From a virus (lineage: Duplodnaviria > Heunggongvirae > Uroviricota > Caudoviricetes), in IMG/VR virus record IMGVR_UViG_2541047825_000005: a stretch of DNA of 5,073 nt; one strand, given 5' to 3'. Made by a program: the position numbers and the translations under genes. Every line of letters begins with the position of its first letter. Within the stretch, counting starts at the first letter, position 1. Below are positions 1 through 4,976 of this stretch, piece after piece. The notes under the pieces were generated by a model. It saw only the letters and a list, made by a program, of their open reading frames with translations. It ran no database searches and was not told where the DNA came from.

Positions 1-3
1 CAT

Positions 4-25
4 AAATGCCCCCGCAGGGGCATTT
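4..25 (-). terminator. GC-rich hairpin 3' of the DUF2303 gene; possible intrinsic terminator or RBS-occluding stem for the next leftward gene
   Basis: Perfect inverted repeat AAATGCCCC (4-12) / GGGGCATTT (17-25) with a 4-nt loop, 12 nt downstream of the minus-strand stop at 38-40. A full U-tract cannot be seen because the window ends. The reverse complement of 1-3 is ATG with GGGG 5 nt upstream, so the stem could instead sequester a Shine-Dalgarno. Confidence 0.3.
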
Positions 26-37
26 GCAGTAATGAAA

Positions 38-862
38 TCAGGCGGTGAAAGTACCAATAAAGGTTTCTACTTTGCTGTCTTTGAATTTCTCAACAAGCAG
101 ATCACGAAATTCGTTAGCCATTTCTTCCTGCACCGCTTCCAGCTGAATAATGCGCAGAACCAGTACAGGACGATCGCCAGTGATAATGCTGAGGCGTAAT
201 TTAAACGGACGTTCTTTCAGACCTTCAAACGGAACGCATTTAAATTCAAATGCCACTGGCATAATGTCTTTGGTCTTCGCTTCGACAGACTCCATCAGGG
301 AGCGTTTGCCGCTGAAGTCATTATCTTCAAAATCAGCGGTCTGGTTCGCTTCAATTGTGATTTTACGGATCGCCGCAGCCGCTTTGGTTGCCTGAATGGC
401 GTCACCATTAGCATCAAAGCCCACAAGGTAGTCGGCCCAGTCTTCAATCCATTCTGCCAGTGACTTCTGGGAGTTACGCTCGCCGTTAACAGACAACAGG
501 GCAGAGAACGGTGCTGTCTTTTTCAGTTTGAGAGTGGCGGTGTTATCTGCGTGACCTGGTTCATCAATAGTACCCAGGTTAAGCACACTGACTGCTCGCA
601 TATTATCGGCATCGATAAAGCAGCGGGTGCCTTCATCTGCAAGATCTTTAGAATAACGGGTAAAGTCATCGATGCTGGCAGTGGAAAGCGCACCACGGAA
701 ACGGAAGCGATTTAAATTAAATTTTTCCAGATCATGAATGCGGAAATTCTCAGGCAATGCCACAGCATCGGCACCAATCTTACTGATAATTTCATTAACA
801 CCCTGAGCAGAAATAAGAGCATGGATTTGATTAATTGCGGTTGCGTCTAAGTTCTGAGACAT
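38..862 (-). CDS. yfdQ: DUF2303-family prophage protein (YfdQ-like), 274 aa
   Basis: Complete ORF. ATG at 862 is preceded on the minus strand by TGAGGA with a 6-nt spacer. Amino-acid composition is protein-like. Length and sequence recalled as matching E. coli K-12 CPS-53/KpLE1 YfdQ; identity is from memory, not a search. Confidence 0.8.
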   Translation of the reverse strand: MSQNLDATAINQIHALISAQGVNEIISKIGADAVALPENFRIHDLEKFNLNRFRFRGALSTASIDDFTRYSKDLADEGTRCFIDADNMRAVSVLNLGTIDEPGHADNTATLKLKKTAPFSALLSVNGERNSQKSLAEWIEDWADYLVGFDANGDAIQATKAAAAIRKITIEANQTADFEDNDFSGKRSLMESVEAKTKDIMPVAFEFKCVPFEGLKERPFKLRLSIITGDRPVLVLRIIQLEAVQEEMANEFRDLLVEKFKDSKVETFIGTFTA

Positions 863-927
863 AATAAGTCCTCACTATATAAAGATATTCAGTGATGAGA
901 TAAATAATCAGTTAATTAAGAACGATA

Positions 928-1290
928 TTAATGACCTGCTGCGCGGAGTTTTCCGTCAGGTTCACCGGCAAGAGTCAGTAATTGTCCCTGGTCTTCCTGC
1001 AGAATAGTCAGGCGACCACCGCGATTGACATACATCGGCGTTTCGGTGGTGTCTTCTTCAGAAATTTTCCCGCGGTTAGTCGGGCGAACATATGAAAGTT
1101 TGTGTTTGATTTTCACACGGTTCTCATCAAATGGTTCGATTTCCAGGTTGAGTGAGACCTTACCTTTGGTTTTCGTGTTCATCACACCTGAAGCGACTTC
1201 ACTGAGAACTGCGCCGATTTTGGTTTCAAATACGCCGCCGTCCAGCTCCCCGATAAATGCCTGCACATCAGTACTGCGTTCGCTAGCCAT
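928..1290 (-). CDS. yfdP: YfdP-like hypothetical prophage protein, 120 aa; first gene of the leftward early operon
   Basis: ATG at 1290 is preceded by GAGGAG with a 7-nt spacer (minus strand). The ORF-track extension to 1476 has no RBS-supported start except in-frame ATGATG at 1308/1305 (alternative start, +6 aa). Sits immediately upstream of the YfdQ-like gene, as in KpLE1. Acidic, no recognisable motif. Confidence 0.7.
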   Translation of the reverse strand: MASERSTDVQAFIGELDGGVFETKIGAVLSEVASGVMNTKTKGKVSLNLEIEPFDENRVKIKHKLSYVRPTNRGKISEEDTTETPMYVNRGGRLTILQEDQGQLLTLAGEPDGKLRAAGH

Positions 1291-1338
1291 TTTGCTGCTC
1301 CTCATCATATCGACCCTGCAAGGTCGGTTGGTTTCTCC

Positions 1339-1427
1339 ACAAAACAGAGAAGAACACCTGCGGTGACTGCCGCCCGGATGGATTGGGTTATGAGCCCGTC
1401 GTCCGGTGATGCTCTTCTCTGTTTTGT
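1339..1427 (-). promoter_or_regulatory. Predicted long RNA hairpin in the 5' leader of the yfdP-like gene (perfect 15-bp stem enclosing 59 nt); candidate RNase III or antitermination element
   Basis: Plus-strand ACAAAACAGAGAAGA (1339-1353) is the exact reverse complement of TCTTCTCTGTTTTGT (1413-1427). The interior contains further short GC stems (GCGG/CCGC, CCGG/CCGG). Lies about 50-140 nt upstream of the start codon at 1290. Confidence 0.4.
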
Positions 1428-1473
1428 AAAAAGAGCGGTACCAGCCGGAAGCAAGTGTACAAACTGGTACCGC
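1428..1473 (-). terminator. Intrinsic-terminator-like hairpin with U-tract on the minus strand, inside the early-left leader
   Basis: Stem GCGGTACCAG (1435-1444) pairs with CTGGTACCGC (1464-1473), a 10-bp perfect stem with a 19-nt loop. Read on the minus strand it is followed by TCTTTTT (1434-1428). The same tract reads CGCTCTTTTTACAA, which resembles boxA. Confidence 0.4.
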
Positions 1474-1904
1474 CAAAGCAGTGGCTGTTGTGGTGACCGG
1501 TGCTGATCTCCGGCTTGCGGTTATTTCAGACTCTCACGGGTGTTTAATTGCCCCGCCGAACAGCTCTTTTCCGCAATAGCTGCAATGTCTTTCGCGCATC
1601 AGCCTGCGCATTCACCACAACGCTGAGAGCACTTAGCCAGTTACGGCACCACACTTTGTCGCGGTTCCATAAATGCCCTCATCGTTGCACCCTGGTCTCT
1701 TCCCAGGCGTCAAACCGAATCGCCACGCTGGTTAGGCGTCTTATCAGCATCCTCATTGACTTGCACATTCCGGCTACCTGGTTTGTCTGCTCGAGCAAGG
1801 AGTGGATTGTCCCCTTTAACGTCCCCAGACCGCTAACGACGCATGTGCCATACGCCGTGTTACAACCAAATTTTGTTAGGACCTTGTTTGTTGGTCTGGA
1901 AAGA

Positions 1905-1943
1905 AAGATAAAATGAAATTGCGTAATGTGCAAGTGTTTTTTT
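1905..1943 (-). promoter_or_regulatory. PL-like early-left promoter overlapping an OL-like operator dyad
   Basis: Minus strand: -35 TTGCAC (1933-1928), 17-bp spacer, -10 TATCTT (1910-1905), A7 tract just upstream (1943-1937). Dyad TTGCGTAATGTGCAA (1919-1933) has the same TTGC-N7-GCAA architecture as the dyad TTGCGCGTTAAGCAA in the cI/cro intergenic region. Confidence 0.4.
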
Positions 1944-1978
1944 GGGAGATATTGAAAAGTGATAGTTATGAAAAGGCA

Positions 1979-2012
1979 ACCTCTGGGGGCTTATTGGAGG
2001 AGAGGTAGGGGG
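1979..2012 (-). terminator. Possible weak terminator just 3' of the repressor gene
   Basis: Stem ACCTCT (1979-1984) pairs with AGAGGT (2001-2006) around a 16-nt loop. On the minus strand it is followed by TGCCTTTTC. Weak stem, short U-run. Confidence 0.2.
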
Positions 2013-2705
2013 TTAATTGTGTCGCTTAAGGGTTTGTGACTGGCTGATTAAGACCTTTCCAAAGACCATAAACCGGTGTTCATTTTCGCTGGTAATTCCC
2101 CATTCACGGTAAATCTGGTTATCAGAAATCACCAGTAGTTTGTCAGGTATCATTTGCAGTCGTTTGACATAAATTTTATCATCAAAACCAAATACATATA
2201 TACCATCCCCATCAAACTGATTGATACTGATATCAACGAAGATGAGATCTCCTGGCTCAATGGTTGGACACATACTGTCCCCACGAACGTTGATAACTTT
2301 AATGTGATTTGCTGGTCGTCCACCAAACATCGATACAGCATTATCAGTTCTGTATTCAATGGCATGAATCACATCAATGACATCACCGCCCTGGATAAGG
2401 CCATTTCCCGCACTGGCACTGACATCCAGCATTTCAATACGGAATACATCCTTCACCTGCGCAACATCCTCACTAATACTGTTTTTACATACAGTATTAC
2501 TTTTGACGTCTGAGGTAAAGAGATCAGCAATATCAACACCTAAGCTCCTGGCAATATTACTCAGGGCTTGTTCAGTGAATTGTTTCTGCTTACCTGTTTC
2601 GAGGCGCGAGATATTCGCCGCATCCACTCCTATTGCTTCAGCGAGATCGGCGATTTTCATGTTCTTCGCCTGGCGAAGTTGTCTGACTCGGTTTCCTATG
2701 TTCAT
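2013..2705 (-). CDS. CI-like phage repressor (N-terminal XRE-type HTH, C-terminal S24/LexA-type autopeptidase), 230 aa
   Basis: HTH segment MKIADLAEAIGVDAANISRLETGK. Ala-Gly cleavage-site candidate (SASAGNG). Ser and Lys catalytic dyad motifs GDSMCPTI and YVKRLQ. Divergent from a cro-like gene. No Shine-Dalgarno upstream of the ATG, consistent with a leaderless transcript. Confidence 0.9.
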   Translation of the reverse strand: MNIGNRVRQLRQAKNMKIADLAEAIGVDAANISRLETGKQKQFTEQALSNIARSLGVDIADLFTSDVKSNTVCKNSISEDVAQVKDVFRIEMLDVSASAGNGLIQGGDVIDVIHAIEYRTDNAVSMFGGRPANHIKVINVRGDSMCPTIEPGDLIFVDISINQFDGDGIYVFGFDDKIYVKRLQMIPDKLLVISDNQIYREWGITSENEHRFMVFGKVLISQSQTLKRHN

Positions 2706-2802
2706 GCGTTTATTACATTTCTTTATTGCGCGTTAAGCAAATCAACTTGCGCAAAATATTTGCGTGAAATAATATGCTCATCACGCAATATGTGGAGGTT
2801 AT
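2706..2802. promoter_or_regulatory. OR-like divergent promoter/operator region between repressor and cro
   Basis: Dyads built from TTGCG/CGCAA half-sites: TTGCGCGTTAAGCAA (2726-2740), palindrome TTGCGCAA (2747-2754), CGCAAA-ATA-TTTGCG (2749-2763), ATGCTCATCACGCAA (2774-2788). Rightward promoter candidate: -35 TTGCGC (2747-2752), -10 TAATAT (2770-2775), then GGAGG (2794-2798) before the cro ATG. Leftward promoter candidate: -35 TTGCTT (2740-2735), -10 TGTAAT (2717-2712). Confidence 0.6.
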
Positions 2803-3063
2803 ATGCAATCACCATTACGAAATGTGCGTAAGGCGCACGGGTTTACTTTGCAGCATGTTGCTGCGGGCGTTCAGGTTAATCCAGCAACGCTGAGTCGTAT
2901 TGAGAGACTGGAACAAATTCCATCTATCGATCTTGCAGAGCGTCTGGCCAATTTTTTTAAGGGTGAAATCAGCGAAATGCAGATTCTTTATCCGGCACGT
3001 TTTCAATCTAGCCAAAACCAGAATGGGTTTAAACCACAGGAACAGGAGGTAAGCCGTGGGTAA
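2803..3063 (+). CDS. Cro-like XRE-family HTH regulator, 86 aa
   Basis: ATG at 2803 with GGAGG 4 nt upstream. HTH segment GFTLQHVAAGVQVNPATLSRIER. Divergent from the CI-like repressor across the operator region. Confidence 0.85.
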   Translation: MQSPLRNVRKAHGFTLQHVAAGVQVNPATLSRIERLEQIPSIDLAERLANFFKGEISEMQILYPARFQSSQNQNGFKPQEQEVSRG

Positions 3064-3607
3064 GCATCACTGGAAAGTGGAAAAACAGCCTGAGTGGTAC
3101 GTGAAAGCTGTCAGAAAAACTATCGCGGCGTTGCCGGGGGGTTACGCTGAAGCTGCTGAGTGGCTGGATGTAACAGAGAACGCTTTATTCAACCGCCTTC
3201 GTGCAGATGGCGATCAGATTTTCCCGCTGGGATGGGCAATGATTTTACAGCGCGCGGCTGGCACTCACTACATTGCGGATGCTGTCGCACAGTCTGCAGG
3301 TGGGGTGTTTGTATCGCTTCCTGACATTGAGGAAGTTGAGAACGCCGATATAAACCAGCGCCTGCTGGAAGTCATCGAACAGATCGGGAGTTACTCAAAA
3401 CAGATTCGTTCGGCAATCGAAGATGGGGTAGTGGAGCCACACGAGCAGACAGCAATTAATGATGAGTTGTATCTGTCAATTTCGAAGCTCCAGGAGCATG
3501 CAGCACTGGTCTACAAAATCTTTTGCGCTCCAGAAAAGAGTGACGCCCGCGAGTGTGCAGCTCCGGGCGTCGTGGCGTTTTGTGTCTGTGGAGAAACTAA
3601 CGCATGA
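3056..3607 (+). CDS. Phage early regulatory protein, 183 aa, possibly CII-like/YdaT-family (family assignment uncertain)
   Basis: GTG start at 3056 preceded by GGAGG (3043-3047) with a 6-nt spacer, overlapping the cro stop by 8 nt. Protein-like composition. Putative HTH-like segment AEWLDVTENALFNRLR. Position immediately after cro matches the cII / ydaT slot. Confidence 0.7.
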   Translation: MGKHHWKVEKQPEWYVKAVRKTIAALPGGYAEAAEWLDVTENALFNRLRADGDQIFPLGWAMILQRAAGTHYIADAVAQSAGGVFVSLPDIEEVENADINQRLLEVIEQIGSYSKQIRSAIEDGVVEPHEQTAINDELYLSISKLQEHAALVYKIFCAPEKSDARECAAPGVVAFCVCGETNA

Positions 3608-3752
3608 ACAGTTTAACGGCAAATAACCGTTTGTCGCAACAGCTGGTGGTCAGTGTCGCTGAACACCTGTTGTTACGGCATGAATGCAGATTACCAAATC
3701 ACCTGGCTGTAAGTAACCACAGAGAACTTTACCTGACTGTGGGGGGCGAGTT

Positions 3753-3932
3753 GTGCAGGAACTTAACCGCTGGTTTCGTGACGGAAGAGGGCTTTATGTT
3801 CATGTTATTCGTTGGGAACCAGAAACACAGCGCGTTATCTATCTTCGCAAAGACTACCCGCATGAGTGCTTTAGTCCTTTGTGGAAATTCAGGCGTGATT
3901 TTGTTGAGTGTGAAGGACCACCAGCACATTGA
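3753..3932 (+). CDS. Candidate small ORF (59 aa, GTG start) in an alternative frame to the long stop-free frame; hypothetical
   Basis: G6 tract (3741-3746) acts as a possible SD, with a 6-nt spacer before GTG at 3753. Translation VQELNRWFRDGRGLYVHVIRWEPETQRVIYLRKDYPHECFSPLWKFRRDFVECEGPPAH has normal Asp/Trp content but is Arg-rich. Below the length cut-off of the supplied ORF track. Unverified. Confidence 0.25.
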   Translation: MQELNRWFRDGRGLYVHVIRWEPETQRVIYLRKDYPHECFSPLWKFRRDFVECEGPPAH

Positions 3933-4017
3933 TTCTGCCATTCCGGGACGTTACACTGTTCAGGCACCTTATAAAGCGGGTGCCGGGCGTGGAAACTCGG
4001 AATTCACCAAAGCGCAC

Positions 4018-4040
4018 AACCGCGCTCTTGCGGTTTTTTT
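4018..4040 (+). terminator. Terminator-like hairpin with T7 run on the plus strand (tR1-like position); also carries the boxA-like heptamer CGCTCTT
   Basis: Stem AACCGC (4018-4023) pairs with GCGGTT (4030-4035) around loop GCTCTT, followed by TTTTT so the T-run spans 4034-4040. Only 4 GC pairs, so a weak stem. It lies inside the stop-free frame 3604-4209. Confidence 0.3.
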
Positions 4041-4209
4041 GTGTAATGAGCAGCATTACGCCCAAATTATGGTGGGGCGTGCAGGGCCAACTTCGGTTGG
4101 GCCGGGTTCTTTGGTGACCGGTATTTCCACCCCTGTACGTCTCACCACCAATAAGGTCGTGGAAAGCCTTGGTGGTGAGTTATTAAAAATCACCAAAGAG
4201 GCTGCCATC

Positions 4210-4755
4210 ATGGCTACGATCCCAACCCTCACTCAACCTGAAATTGCCATCGTTGATGGTCAGGCTGTTACTTCATCCCTGGCTGTTGCCAACTTCTTCT
4301 CCAAACGTCATGACGATGTACTGAAAAAGATCCGCACGCTTGAATGCTCTGCATCATTCACTTCCCGCAATTTTTCGGCGAGTGATTACACCGATTGCAC
4401 AGGCCGCAAACTACCTTGCTATCAAATAACCCGCGACGGCTTTGCGTTTCTTGCTATGGGTTTCACGGGTAAACGTGCTGCCCAGTTCAAAGAGGCATAT
4501 ATCAATGCCTTTAACCAGATGGAGAAACAGCTTTCAAAGCCCGCTGTACCGAGCGACGTTGCACATAACGCCAGCGTTCTCTGTTCCTACATTTCATCAA
4601 TTCATCAGGTCTGGCTGCAGCAGCTTTATCCTATGTTGGCAAAAGCCGAATCTCCGCTGGCTGTTAGCTTATATGATTATATTAATGATGCTTCGGCGCT
4701 GGCCTGCCTCATAAATTTGTCGCTGAACCCTTCAGAGGTAAGGGGGCGCAAATGA
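4210..4755 (+). CDS. Rha-family phage regulatory protein, 181 aa
   Basis: ATG at 4210 preceded by AAGAGG (4196-4201) with an 8-nt spacer. N-terminal segment IAIVDGQAVTSSLAVANFFSKRHDDVLKKIR...YQITRDGFAFLAMGFTGKRAAQFKEAYINAF matches the recalled Rha N-terminal domain signature. The frame is open upstream to ATG 3604, so a 383-aa version cannot be excluded. Confidence 0.8.
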   Translation: MATIPTLTQPEIAIVDGQAVTSSLAVANFFSKRHDDVLKKIRTLECSASFTSRNFSASDYTDCTGRKLPCYQITRDGFAFLAMGFTGKRAAQFKEAYINAFNQMEKQLSKPAVPSDVAHNASVLCSYISSIHQVWLQQLYPMLAKAESPLAVSLYDYINDASALACLINLSLNPSEVRGRK

Positions 4756-4976
4756 TCCGGAATATTTTCAAACGTTTTACCAATCAGACTTTCCGTTGTC
4801 CTCGTCCGGGTCAGTGGTACACCACGCCTGCAGGGCATGTTCTACGTGTTAGCCTGGTTGACCGTGAATGTCAGAAGGTGGTTTGTGAACCGCTGGGCCG
4901 TAATTACCGCGTCAGTATGCCGCTTATAGCCTTTCGCTCCGGAAAAAACATGAAGCATCTCGGAGGTGCTGCATGA
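4752..4976 (+). CDS. Hypothetical small basic protein, 74 aa
   Basis: ATG at 4752 overlaps the rha stop (ATGA) with GGGGG 5 nt upstream. Its stop overlaps the next gene's ATG (ATGA at 4973-4976). Arg-rich and Asp-poor, so coding status is not certain. Confidence 0.5.
   Translation: MIRNIFKRFTNQTFRCPRPGQWYTTPAGHVLRVSLVDRECQKVVCEPLGRNYRVSMPLIAFRSGKNMKHLGGAA

Noticed and set aside
150-395. 81-aa plus-strand ORF antisense to the DUF2303 gene
   Set aside because: Lies entirely within, and antisense to, a well-supported gene; Arg/Ser-rich composition; no RBS.
1025-1366. 113-aa plus-strand ORF antisense to the yfdP-like gene
   Set aside because: Antisense shadow ORF of the yfdP-like gene; Ser/Leu-rich, no RBS.
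928-1476. 182-aa extended version of the yfdP-like ORF
   Set aside because: The 62-codon upstream extension is Arg/Cys/His-rich, overlaps the predicted leader hairpins, and has no RBS. The ATG at 1290 has a GAGGAG Shine-Dalgarno and gives the expected 120-aa product.
1548-1933. ORFs 1548-1916 (+, 122 aa) and 1679-1933 (-, 84 aa, TTG start) in the leader
   Set aside because: Low-complexity Arg/Ser/Thr/Cys/His-rich translations with no Shine-Dalgarno; the minus-strand one starts inside the predicted promoter/operator. More likely non-coding leader sequence. Short peptide ORFs such as MRAFMEPRQSVVP cannot be excluded.
2150-2831. ORFs 2150-2365 (-), 2154-2513 (+), 2377-2736 (+) and 2568-2831 (+) overlapping the repressor gene
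   Set aside because: Alternative-frame or antisense ORFs inside the repressor gene, which has clear HTH and S24 peptidase motifs; several would also run across the operator region.
2815-3015. 66-aa minus-strand ORF inside cro
   Set aside because: Antisense to the cro-like gene, no RBS, implausible within the operator-proximal switch gene.
2803-3607. Toxin-antitoxin interpretation of the cro-like and 183-aa gene pair
   Set aside because: The HTH gene sits exactly opposite a CI-like repressor across an operator region, which is the Cro position; a regulatory switch pair is the simpler reading. Not experimentally excluded.
3642-3925. Chi sequences: GCTGGTGG at 3642-3649 (+) and its complement at 3918-3925
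   Set aside because: Octamer occurrences at about the frequency expected in enterobacterial DNA; no reason to assign a local function.
3729-4117. ORFs 3729-3941 (-, 70 aa) and 3929-4117 (+, TTG start, 62 aa)
   Set aside because: Trp/Arg-rich, non-protein-like translations without RBS; the second runs through the hairpin and T7 run.
4442-4714. 90-aa alternative-frame ORF inside rha
   Set aside because: Embedded out of frame within the Rha-domain gene; Arg/Ser/Leu-rich; no RBS.
3604-4755. Single 383-aa ORF fusing the upstream region to rha
   Set aside because: Not adopted as the primary call. rha has its own strong RBS and a canonical N-terminus at 4210, and the upstream 202 codons have atypical composition (2 Asp, 0 Trp, 9 His) and contain a hairpin plus T7 run. 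It is kept as an open alternative in the findings because the stop-free frame is statistically unusual.
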